From a virus (lineage: Duplodnaviria > Caudoviricetes), in the IMG/VR virus record IMGVR_UViG_3300021082_000020, positions 30,959-94,958 of that record: DNA of 64,000 nucleotides; one strand, given 5' to 3'. Shown piece by piece: positions 16,970 through 25,681 of this stretch. Within the stretch, counting starts at the first letter, position 1; each line of letters opens with the position of its first letter. The position numbers and the translations under genes are program-made. The notes below the pieces were generated by a model, which saw nothing but the letters and a program-made list of their open reading frames with translations, had not been told where the DNA came from and did not search any database.

Positions 16970-18016
16970 TTAGAGGCGCGGCGCTCCCTCGCGAGCAAAT
17001 CTGACTGCTTCCAGCAGTGACGTAGGCTCGGGTGCCACACCAGCGGTTCTTCCGGTGCTGCTCGGGACACGCGATGTGGCTTGGCGTCTGGTTCCAGCCC
17101 AACTTTCGTACTGCGCGTTAACGCGGCGGAGCGCCTCTTGGGCGATCTGCACACCGTTCTCGGGCGACTTAGGTGGACCGTATTCCTGGACTAGCGCCAT
17201 CATCGTGGACTGAACAGCGGCTTTTTTCTTAGCCGCATAGTTGGTGTCCGATCGTATGATCTTCAGTTCCCAGTTGTTGACGGCAGTCGCCACCTTGTCG
17301 GCCAAGATCTCCCGCTGCAATTGCAGCTGCTGTTGCGCTGACGTTTGCTGGTGCTGCTGCAACGCGGCCTGTTGTCGGACCGCATTGTTTTGCGCCATCG
17401 CCTTGTCCATGCGCTCTCGCGAGTACATGGCCGCGGCCTGTGTCGTCATATGCCCCTGCTGCACTGACTGTTGCAGATCAGGGGGCAACGAGATGCCGAG
17501 GTATTCCTCGCAAAGCTTCATGTACGGCTGCACGCCGGTATGAAACTTTACGAAGTCACCGCGGCGCATCGCCGCCATCAGCTCAAGGCCAAACAGGAAA
17601 TCGTCCTGACCGATATCGTTCTTGCGAAGATAATCGGTGACCTTGCGGGCCATATCCGCGTCCGGCTCGAGCGACTTCAGACGCTGTACCTCGGCCGACA
17701 ATTTCTGCCGTTGCGAGTTCAGCTTCTTGATGCGCCGTTGCGCGGCCTTGGAAAGCTTGGCTAATTCGTCAGGTGTCGGCTCTTCCGACAACTCGGGTTC
17801 GCGATCGCGAACGGACTTCCTTGCGACTTGGGATGGCGAGTCCCCCCTTGAGCCGTCGGTGTCTGAGTAGTCGTCATCCTGTCGCAGCTCAGGCACTGCG
17901 CTCTGGATGGCGTCTAGGAGACTTCCCGCGGTATCGCCGGCGTCCGTACCTGGCGAAGGTACCTGCTCGATCGACGGTGCTATCTCAGTGGATGGCACCT
18001 TGTCGTCATCGGCCAT
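16970..18016 (-). CDS. Capsid scaffolding protein
   Basis: Acidic N-terminus, coiled coil, between portal and MCP. Confidence 0.7.
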   Translation of the reverse strand: MADDDKVPSTEIAPSIEQVPSPGTDAGDTAGSLLDAIQSAVPELRQDDDYSDTDGSRGDSPSQVARKSVRDREPELSEEPTPDELAKLSKAAQRRIKKLNSQRQKLSAEVQRLKSLEPDADMARKVTDYLRKNDIGQDDFLFGLELMAAMRRGDFVKFHTGVQPYMKLCEEYLGISLPPDLQQSVQQGHMTTQAAAMYSRERMDKAMAQNNAVRQQAALQQHQQTSAQQQLQLQREILADKVATAVNNWELKIIRSDTNYAAKKKAAVQSTMMALVQEYGPPKSPENGVQIAQEALRRVNAQYESWAGTRRQATSRVPSSTGRTAGVAPEPTSLLEAVRFAREGAPRL

Positions 18017-18082
18017 ATCAAATTCCCCCGGTGCCGATCGGCACCTTCAAGCGATCATTACGTCAATTCAGGTTGTTTGTCA

Positions 18083-20695
18083 TCAACCTGGCATTGTCGG
18101 CATCGTCACCTGCTGCGGCATCGGATGCGGCCGCGCCGGCGGTGCGCCGGCCAGTGTCTGCTGCGCGTCGGGCGCCGACGGCGGCGGCGCTGCCTTGGCG
18201 CCGCCATCTGGCGCGTTGACGGCGCCCTGCGGCCCCATGCCCGCGCCTGGCGCAGCACCTGCGCCAGCCGCGGTGGGGCCGGCGCTGCCAGACATAGCAC
18301 CGTTCATCGCAACGATACTCGGCAGCGAGGACTTGAATGCTTCGGTCAGGTCGAGGCGATCGTCGAGCCGACGCAGCGTATCCTTGGCCAGGAACTCCGG
18401 GTCGATGCCGGGCAGCTGGATCAACAACGGCATCAGCCGCTGGGCGTTGGCGATCTCCTGCGCCTGGTTCGGCCGACCCATGGAGCCCGCTTCGATCTCG
18501 AGCAGGATCTCGTTGGCGATGTCCTGCGCGACCGGCTCGGCCGGCCAGACCGCGCCCTGGCCGACGATCTTTTTGACCCGTTCCTGCGACATCTCCCGCA
18601 TCAGGATCTGGCCGCCGTTGCGGGCCAGCTGCGTCAGCAGGTCGTTCAGGTCATCGATATTCGACCCCATGGACGTCATCCGCGAGCCTTCGGCAATCTG
18701 CGCCTGGGTCGCCGTGGTGTTCGAAGTGCCACCAAGGTTCGCTTCCTGGATGCCTGTCGTCCGTAGAATGTCCTCATAGACTGGATTTACTTCGTACAAA
18801 TTCGGATCGATCCCTGGCCCGGCGTAGGGTTGCAGGAGCTGTTTGACGTCCTGCTGCGGCTGTAGCGCGTTGAACTCGATCACCGCATTGGCTTCGCGGT
18901 TAGTCAGCTTCTCCATGTCGTCTTCGTCCATGGATCCAGCCACCACCGCAGTGAACGGCCGGCCGGCAATACGCTGTTCTTTCAAGCCCTCGCGGCAGCG
19001 GTTGTACTCGAGCTGCATGTCGCGCATCAGCCTGACGTCGCTCGGCGGGAACAGCTCGTTCTCATCCTCGATGCCGTTGAAGATCAAGGCGTACCAAGGG
19101 TAGAACCGCTCGTTGTAGATCTCTGGCGAAGCAGGTTCTTTTAGGAACTCTCGGTAGCCGTCACAGACCACATAGACCAAGCCGTCGTTGCGGTTGTAGA
19201 TCTCCCAAACGATCGCATTCGGCTCGCCGCGGTTCTTACTCTTGTCCTTGCTGCTCATCCAGTCTTCCATCGCCTTGGATGGATCGGTGTCGCTGTCGGA
19301 GCCGTACTCGGTGCAATGACCGCGCACGTCAACGCCATAGATCTCTTCGATCTCGCTAACGGATAGGAGATACTCCTCGGCGACCCAGCCGGCCGCCACC
19401 CAGTTGCGCAGGTCGATGCACTTGATGTCGGGGATGATGCGAGTCGACAGCGGGAAGTCGAAAGTAAGCCCTTCCCGCACCACCGCGCCCTGCGCCTTGA
19501 ATAAATCCTGCAATAGCAGCCGGAGCTGCTCGGCCTCAGAATCGTCGTTGTCGGTGATGCTGTCGGTGGCGTCGGCTGCCAGGCGCTCGAGCGTGGCCAA
19601 CCGTTCGTTGGCGTCGGCGATGCCCTTCTCCAGGTCGGGCCGCTGCTGCATCACCCGCTCGAAGCCGAGCTTCACATAGGCCACGCCATTGGTGACGGCG
19701 CGCCGCACGCTCATTTTCAGCATGCTTTTGAAGGGGTGCGGCTGGTTGTCGACCTCGTAGGAGTAGAGCAGCTCAAGGGTCCGAGCCAGCTTGTCCATCA
19801 TGATGTTCTCGGACTTCACCCTGGCCGCATCCATCATGATGTCCATGCCGGAGCCGACCGCCTGCGCAATCATCGGCGAGGCCGGCGGCGCCATGCCGCC
19901 GGCGGCGGCGCCGGCAGCGGCCTGGCCAAGCTGGTCACCGAGCCCCTGCGGCTGCTGCATTTCGCCAGGGATCGGGCCGGCACCCATACCCGGCATGGTC
20001 GCGCCACCGAGCGCGGCGCCCATCTGGCCGGAGATTTGGTTCACTGAAGGTGACGGCATCGACGCCGGGTTGGGCGGCATGCCGCCGGCCATCAGCATGC
20101 CGATGTCGGGCGGGCTGCCAGTTGCCATCGGCATCATGCCCTGCACCGCGCTACCGGCGGCACCGGCGACCTGGCCGGCCATACCAGGTGGCATGCCGGG
20201 CATGCCGCCAGGCGCCATCGGCCCTTGGCCCATGGCGCCAGCAGCTTGCGCCTGCTGCATCATCATCGCCGCAGACTGCATCAGCTGATTGAGCGTGGTC
20301 TGGCTTTCGTCCCAGGAGGTGGCATTGAGCCTTGGCCGCTTCTTGGCCACTGCCTTGGGGTTTTTGGCGTAGAGAAACGCCGTCTTTTGCGCCACCAATC
20401 TGAGCGTGAGGTTGGCGACGTAACGCTTGTCCTTGGCGTCCTTGGACCACTGCTTGCCGAAGCAGAACTCCTGGTCCTCACGCATACGATCGAATGACGG
20501 CTTCCAATACCGCTTGGCCTTTTTGACCTTGCTGGTCCAATCGCTGACCAAGTTACGGCGGCGGTCCGGCGGATCGGGATTGGCGCGCGGGATCGAGTTT
20601 GGCTTGCCGGTGGTTGGATTGATGTCTGGTTCGCTGGACTGCTCATCGATCCCGGCGAACACACGCATCATGTCGTCTTGGAAGGCGTCTACCAT
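18083..20695 (-). CDS. Portal protein (with long Met/Gly/Pro-rich insertion)
   Basis: Directly downstream of TerL; TATQAQIA and EIEAGSM motifs typical of P22-like portals. Confidence 0.8.
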   Translation of the reverse strand: MVDAFQDDMMRVFAGIDEQSSEPDINPTTGKPNSIPRANPDPPDRRRNLVSDWTSKVKKAKRYWKPSFDRMREDQEFCFGKQWSKDAKDKRYVANLTLRLVAQKTAFLYAKNPKAVAKKRPRLNATSWDESQTTLNQLMQSAAMMMQQAQAAGAMGQGPMAPGGMPGMPPGMAGQVAGAAGSAVQGMMPMATGSPPDIGMLMAGGMPPNPASMPSPSVNQISGQMGAALGGATMPGMGAGPIPGEMQQPQGLGDQLGQAAAGAAAGGMAPPASPMIAQAVGSGMDIMMDAARVKSENIMMDKLARTLELLYSYEVDNQPHPFKSMLKMSVRRAVTNGVAYVKLGFERVMQQRPDLEKGIADANERLATLERLAADATDSITDNDDSEAEQLRLLLQDLFKAQGAVVREGLTFDFPLSTRIIPDIKCIDLRNWVAAGWVAEEYLLSVSEIEEIYGVDVRGHCTEYGSDSDTDPSKAMEDWMSSKDKSKNRGEPNAIVWEIYNRNDGLVYVVCDGYREFLKEPASPEIYNERFYPWYALIFNGIEDENELFPPSDVRLMRDMQLEYNRCREGLKEQRIAGRPFTAVVAGSMDEDDMEKLTNREANAVIEFNALQPQQDVKQLLQPYAGPGIDPNLYEVNPVYEDILRTTGIQEANLGGTSNTTATQAQIAEGSRMTSMGSNIDDLNDLLTQLARNGGQILMREMSQERVKKIVGQGAVWPAEPVAQDIANEILLEIEAGSMGRPNQAQEIANAQRLMPLLIQLPGIDPEFLAKDTLRRLDDRLDLTEAFKSSLPSIVAMNGAMSGSAGPTAAGAGAAPGAGMGPQGAVNAPDGGAKAAPPPSAPDAQQTLAGAPPARPHPMPQQVTMPTMPG

Positions 20696-22266
20696 CCTTG
20701 CAGGCCCCTCGCCCGTAAGTCTTGGCCCTCACGCCGGCGCGTGTTTGCGAACAGCTCGCGGTAGGTGCCGGTGGTTATTTCCGGCTCAACCTTCCTGCCG
20801 CGGGTTCGCCCGTGCATCTTCGATAGTCCTAGCCCAACCAGGCTCAGAGTGTCGACCACGTCGTCGTTTGAGCCGTGCGGAAACTTCAGGATCTGGTCCT
20901 GCATCTCCGACCACTGGCGGATAAAACCAGGGAAGCGCACCATCTTCATGGAGGTGCGCGCCTGAATTGCCTGCGCGCGTTGCTGCTTGTCGGCGGCGGG
21001 ATTGATCGGATCGATCGCACAGAACGCCTGCTTCTCGATCATGCGCCGGCGCAGGAAGGGGCCTAAGCTCTTGGTGATGGCGCCGCCTTCCGCCCACCAG
21101 AACATCGGCTTGTATTTCTTCATCAGCACGATCATGCACTCGACCGCCTGGTGCGAATCCAGTCGGTCCCAGACCATGTCCGGCATGATCCAGATGTTGT
21201 CCTTCTCGTCGACGCCGACGATCATCAGGCAGGTCTTGTCGGCGGACTTGGCTACCGATACCGCGTGGTCCGATGCCCCATAGAATCGCAGGGTATGAAA
21301 CGCCGGGACGTCATCCATTTTATTGTAAGTGACCAGGTCACTGTCTTTGAAAAAGGCCCCATCCTTAGGTCCTGGACGGCCCTGATACAGCGCAGCAAAT
21401 CCACGCGGATCGGTGGCACGGATCTCCTCCAGATACTGCTTGGTGAACCGCTCCGGCCATAACGCCTCGCCCGGCTTGCGGCCGAGCACATCGTTGTCTT
21501 CGGCTAGCGCCGGCAGATCAATCTTGCGCCAGGCTTTGGCTTCTTCGACGTTATAGTAGGGATTAAGCGGGTCGATAAGCCGGCCAACGAGATCATCTTC
21601 TGTCCATCTCGTCTGGACGATGACGATAGTGCCAGTCGAATCCATGAGGCGAGTTCTGAGGACTTGATTGTACCATTGCCACAGCTTCTCGCGAACGATG
21701 ACGGAGTCAGCTTCAGTACGGTCCTTAATTGGGTCATCGAGGAGGATGCAATGACCACCACGTCCGGTGATGCTGGAGCCGCGTCCCACACTGAAGACCA
21801 CTCCATCACGGGTGGTTTGGACGCGGTTGACGGCATTGGCGCCCACCTTGATTTCTACTTCTGGGAAGACCTGTTTGTACTCCGGTGTCTCCATGATGTC
21901 GCGGACGCGACGGCCCAGATCCCAGGAATAATGCTCGTTGTAGGTGGCAACGATGATACTCCTTTCGGGATGGCGACCGACATACCAAGCTGGGAACATC
22001 GCACTGGCCAGCGTAGTCTTGCCGAAGCGTGGTCCGACATTGATCATGAGCCGCCGATAATCGCCGCGCTCGACCTCTTCAAGCGAGCGACCGATCATGC
22101 GGTGAAACGGTTGTGGCTTATACAACGACTGCCCGACATCATCATCGAAGTTGGGGTCGGGCATCATCAGTTCTGTAAACGCTATCAGATCGTTGCGGGC
22201 GTTGAGGATCGCCCGCTTGCGCTTCAGAAGCTTGAGGTGGACGTCCTGTTCAGCCTTCGTCGACAT
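20689..22266 (-). CDS. terL: Terminase large subunit
   Basis: PRFGKT Walker A, ILLDDP Walker B, TRW..DDL, C-terminal nuclease FP....DD.VD. Confidence 0.95.
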   Translation of the reverse strand: MSTKAEQDVHLKLLKRKRAILNARNDLIAFTELMMPDPNFDDDVGQSLYKPQPFHRMIGRSLEEVERGDYRRLMINVGPRFGKTTLASAMFPAWYVGRHPERSIIVATYNEHYSWDLGRRVRDIMETPEYKQVFPEVEIKVGANAVNRVQTTRDGVVFSVGRGSSITGRGGHCILLDDPIKDRTEADSVIVREKLWQWYNQVLRTRLMDSTGTIVIVQTRWTEDDLVGRLIDPLNPYYNVEEAKAWRKIDLPALAEDNDVLGRKPGEALWPERFTKQYLEEIRATDPRGFAALYQGRPGPKDGAFFKDSDLVTYNKMDDVPAFHTLRFYGASDHAVSVAKSADKTCLMIVGVDEKDNIWIMPDMVWDRLDSHQAVECMIVLMKKYKPMFWWAEGGAITKSLGPFLRRRMIEKQAFCAIDPINPAADKQQRAQAIQARTSMKMVRFPGFIRQWSEMQDQILKFPHGSNDDVVDTLSLVGLGLSKMHGRTRGRKVEPEITTGTYRELFANTRRREGQDLRARGLQGW

Positions 22267-22477
22267 GCTTGTACTTCGCCATCGGCACGTCTGGCATCTT
22301 CTTGATCGATACCTTAGGTTTGGAGCTGATGGTGTTGGCTTCGACCGGAGTCGGCTGCGGACCCTTTACCGGCGAGGTGTGGTGGGTGAAATTGTCCTGG
22401 GTCTTCGACACTGCCGGCGGCGCCTTGGCCACTGGCGGCGCCTTGATGTTCACGGTCTTGCCGATCTTGGAAGGCAT
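22250..22477 (-). CDS. Small basic hypothetical protein
   Basis: ORF with upstream GAGGGG, overlapping terL start. Confidence 0.55.
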   Translation of the reverse strand: MPSKIGKTVNIKAPPVAKAPPAVSKTQDNFTHHTSPVKGPQPTPVEANTISSKPKVSIKKMPDVPMAKYKHVDEG

Positions 22478-22686
22478 AGTTGAGTTCCCCTCAAGTTGAA
22501 AATCCGAAAAAATTTTTGCGCTAGGCTACGTCCTCATCGTCGTCCTGCATTAGCACGCCGACGCCGTTAACGGTGATCTGCAGGTCGACGCCGTCCGGCA
22601 CGGTCAATGCGATTTCGATCCGCGGAGTGAGCGGCCGGATCAAAGCCGGGTCCGGTGGAAATACATCCTGTTCAGGCTTGGCCATT

Positions 22687-22869
22687 TTATCTCCTGACTG
22701 TGCAGCGTTCCATTTGGATAATATTTCGCGCCAGTTGTCGGCAGGCGGTTTCGGCATTGATCGCATCGATCTCGTAGCGAGAATAAAACGGCGGGCGTTC
22801 AGTCACAGTCGTCACGATGCAGCTGGATAACAAGACGGCGAGCAGCACCAGGGCGGTGGCGTTAGGCAT
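22687..22869 (-). CDS. Small lipoprotein (possible o-spanin-like)
   Basis: Hydrophobic N-terminus with lipobox LSSC. Confidence 0.55.
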   Translation of the reverse strand: MPNATALVLLAVLLSSCIVTTVTERPPFYSRYEIDAINAETACRQLARNIIQMERCTVRR

Positions 22870-23035
22870 GGATCACAAAACCGAAAGCATGCCAGCCCAG
22901 CAGGAACAGCAGCACGAAGAACAGTAAGTTGCTGGCGTGGATGGCCCAAGGGAATTGTCCCGGCGAGTAGGTGTTAGTGATCCAGCTAAAGAACCACAGC
23001 ACCATCAGAACCCAAAACAATAAACCTATCGACAT
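22862..23035 (-). CDS. 57-aa two-TM membrane protein, holin candidate (not in ORF track)
   Basis: MSIGLLFWVLMVLWFFSWITNTYSPGQFPWAIHASNLLFFVLLFLLGWHAFGFVIHA. Confidence 0.65.
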   Translation of the reverse strand: MSIGLLFWVLMVLWFFSWITNTYSPGQFPWAIHASNLLFFVLLFLLGWHAFGFVIHA

Positions 23036-23045
23036 GGCTAGCCCC

Positions 23046-23333
23046 CTAGCGTCGACGCGGAATCACCTTGTGGCCGACGAATTGCGGCTCGATCATATAC
23101 TTGGTTTCGTCGATTGTAACCGGACCGCCAGGACTGATCGGCGTGCCGTCCGGCACCGTCACTGGCGTTGTCGGCGCCGGCGGCGGGTGCGTGGTGTCGT
23201 AGGCGGTCTTGGTCTCGATCGCCCGATTGATCGCATCGGCGGTCGCCACCTTCTCATTGAACACGTTGACGGGGCCGGAGGGCTCCAGCTCCCCGCCAAC
23301 GCGCAGCTGTGGGTTTTTAGGCCACTCAGTCAC
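23046..23333 (-). CDS. Hypothetical protein
   Basis: Coupled ORF in minus-strand operon. Confidence 0.55.
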   Translation of the reverse strand: MTEWPKNPQLRVGGELEPSGPVNVFNEKVATADAINRAIETKTAYDTTHPPPAPTTPVTVPDGTPISPGGPVTIDETKYMIEPQFVGHKVIPRRR

Positions 23334-23644
23334 TTAGCCTGCGGCTCCGATGGCGGATTGGGAGCCTGCGGGTTGTCAGGCGGCTGCCCCATCGGGTCGA
23401 TGCCACCGTGCTGTTTCTTGGCCAGTTCGACCGGATCGGAGGTCTGCTCGGACTGGTCGCCCGCAGTGCGCCGCGGATCCGGGTGCTTTGTTGCAGTGCG
23501 AGGTTCGTCTTCGTTGTCGTCATCATGCGACTTCTTGGACATCTTGGCTTTCCTCTTCTTCTTTCGGGGTGGGGCCGGCTTCTTTCGCGCAGTCACCTTG
23601 CGCTTTGGCGCAACAACCGGGCGTTTTCGCTTGGCCTTCTTCAT
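23330..23644 (-). CDS. Lys/Arg-rich hypothetical protein
   Basis: GGAGG upstream; highly basic N-terminal half. Confidence 0.55.
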   Translation of the reverse strand: MKKAKRKRPVVAPKRKVTARKKPAPPRKKKRKAKMSKKSHDDDNEDEPRTATKHPDPRRTAGDQSEQTSDPVELAKKQHGGIDPMGQPPDNPQAPNPPSEPQAK

Positions 23645-23674
23645 AACTATGCATCCTCCCTGTAGGTTGCAGCC

Positions 23675-23887
23675 TCATTTCATCCTTTCGACGATCGGCT
23701 GGCAAGACTTGGCCAATTCGGCGATCAGCGCATCACGCCGCTCCGATGCCGACGAGATGTGATAGAGCGTGAAGAACACCACGCCGAGGCAAACGATATT
23801 GATGATTACCAGCGGCAGTGCCAGCGGTCCCGCAGCCGCCAATCCCTTGGCGATCTCGCTCGCGGCCTTGCCGGTATACTCGATCAC
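23675..23887 (-). CDS. Single-TM membrane protein (lysis-related candidate)
   Basis: PLALPLVIINIVCLGVVFFTLY transmembrane stretch. Confidence 0.6.
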   Translation of the reverse strand: MIEYTGKAASEIAKGLAAAGPLALPLVIINIVCLGVVFFTLYHISSASERRDALIAELAKSCQPIVERMK

Positions 23888-24384
23888 TTTTTCCTGGCTT
23901 CCAGCGCCTTGATGCGCTTTTCCATAGCGTCGAGCCGCGCACTGAGCGATGGCGGCGGCGGCGGCTGATCGCTGAACGTGCCGGTCGCGTGGTCGTAGAC
24001 CTTACCACCGAAATCCTTCTGTGGGTTATCGCCAGTGTAACCGACGATCTCGATCACCCGCTGATTGATGGAATGGACAGCGGTCGGGTCGTAGGTGGCC
24101 GCGCCAACGATGCTCTGATCGCGCTGGCGGAAGATGTTGCAGACCACGCTGCCGGGCTTGAAGTTCGGCACCGGCTTGGGCCGGTCATCGACCAGCAGCT
24201 CGCCGGTGGTCGGGTGGTAGGTCGGCGGCTTGGGCGGCTGCATCAGCAGGAAGTTGGGCCGGACGTAGTCGTACCAATCGACGCTATCGGCCTCGCGCCT
24301 GGCGTAGATTGTCCTGGCCGGCGCATCCTTCTGCGGCTTTGCCGGCTGGTATTGGATCCACACGCCGTGGTCGATGATTTCCAT
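23884..24384 (-). CDS. Tail fibre assembly/chaperone-like protein
   Basis: D.VDWY motif, follows fibre gene, C-terminal coiled coil. Confidence 0.55.
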   Translation of the reverse strand: MEIIDHGVWIQYQPAKPQKDAPARTIYARREADSVDWYDYVRPNFLLMQPPKPPTYHPTTGELLVDDRPKPVPNFKPGSVVCNIFRQRDQSIVGAATYDPTAVHSINQRVIEIVGYTGDNPQKDFGGKVYDHATGTFSDQPPPPPSLSARLDAMEKRIKALEARKK

Positions 24385-24386
24385 GG

Positions 24387-25679
24387 TCAGGCCGCTTCCG
24401 ATGCGTAGTAGCCGCCGGCAGTCTTAACCTGAAGCACCCGGTAGCGTTGCGTTAGAAAAGACCCACCGAAGCCGCTCAGTTGGGCGCCGCTGCCGCCGGT
24501 CTGGCAGCCGGTCGGCCCATACGGCTCGGTTAGGCCCTCGTCGCTGCTGTGGACGTAGTCGCCAACATAAACCAGGCGGGTCTGGGTTAGCGGCTCACCT
24601 TCACGGGTGGTTAGAATCCTATAGTAGACGCCGCCACCGTGTGACCAGCCGCCCATATAGAACTGACCGTCGGTCGACATGCCGAGGTTAGCACCGAAAT
24701 AGCCGGCGCAATGGAAGGCGAGTGTCGGATAGGGCGGCCCCTGGATCTGGACGCTGGACGGCGTTCCTGAAGCGAAGTTGACGCCGTTGTTGAACAAAGT
24801 GTGGTTGAGGTTAACCGGGAAGTTCGACCCGCCATTAGCATTAAGCATGCCGCTGAAAGTGCCGCCGACCGCGGTAAGCGTGCCGCCGACCGACAAGCCG
24901 CCGCTCGGCATAATGTAGCCGGCGCCATCAAAGTACAGGTAGTGGGCGTTGTTACTGCCGAGATACAGCACGCCGGAATTAGCACCGCGGTTCGCCCAAA
25001 CGTCGCCGCCGACCTTCAAATCGCCGGTCATGGTGTCGCCGATCTTGCTGACCTTGCCGCCGATCGCGGTGGTGTTAGCGGCGACCGCGGCGTCGACGTA
25101 GTCCTTGCGCACCGCATTGGCCGCAGCTGGCGTCGTTGGCAGGGTCAGGTGGCCGGTCATGGTCGAGCCGGCCTTGGCGACCTTCTCAAGCTCCAGCTCG
25201 GCGATCGCGTCCTGCACGTTGGTGGCGACGATATCGCCGGTGGCGGTCGACGGGACCGTGCTGGCGGCCGGCGGCGGCGGCGCGGAATCATCGACGTACT
25301 TCTTGGTGGCGGCTTCCAGGTTGGCGGTCGGCGGGCCGGCCAGAACCAACGGCCCGCTCAAGGTGCCGCCGGTCAAGAGCAGGTAGCCGGCGCCCGGCGC
25401 CTGCGAGGTCATGCGCCACTGCGCGAGATTGAAGGCGCCCGGCGGAATGGGGCCGAGCGCGACATAGATGTTGTCCTGGTAGACGACGAAGTCGTGCAGC
25501 GCGTATTGCGACCGCGTATCGAAGTAGCGGATCGCGATCAGCGCGAGCGGCACGCCGGCCGGGTCGCCGACGGCGACCTGGCGATTGGCGGTGTTAACCG
25601 CGATCTCGCCCTTCTCCAGCGGGTTGGCGAACGGCACGGTCGGGTTGTTGTCGCGGCGGTGGCGGTAGTGCGAGGTCAT
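24387..25679 (-). CDS. Tail fibre protein 2
   Basis: L.GGTL.GPL, AATK.YVD and K.GDTMTGDL fibre repeats; N-terminus paralogous to 27700..29409. Confidence 0.8.
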   Translation of the reverse strand: MTSHYRHRRDNNPTVPFANPLEKGEIAVNTANRQVAVGDPAGVPLALIAIRYFDTRSQYALHDFVVYQDNIYVALGPIPPGAFNLAQWRMTSQAPGAGYLLLTGGTLSGPLVLAGPPTANLEAATKKYVDDSAPPPPAASTVPSTATGDIVATNVQDAIAELELEKVAKAGSTMTGHLTLPTTPAAANAVRKDYVDAAVAANTTAIGGKVSKIGDTMTGDLKVGGDVWANRGANSGVLYLGSNNAHYLYFDGAGYIMPSGGLSVGGTLTAVGGTFSGMLNANGGSNFPVNLNHTLFNNGVNFASGTPSSVQIQGPPYPTLAFHCAGYFGANLGMSTDGQFYMGGWSHGGGVYYRILTTREGEPLTQTRLVYVGDYVHSSDEGLTEPYGPTGCQTGGSGAQLSGFGGSFLTQRYRVLQVKTAGGYYASEAA

Positions 25680-25681
25680 GC

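Larger units (their letters stand above)
1..17010 (+). repeat. Phage genome unit, copy 1 of the region duplicated (diverged) at 46430-64000
   Basis: Same gene order and near-identical proteins: 109..321 vs 46538..46750; MCP 15835..16953 vs 62825..63943 with about 10 aa differences in 372. Confidence 0.97.
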
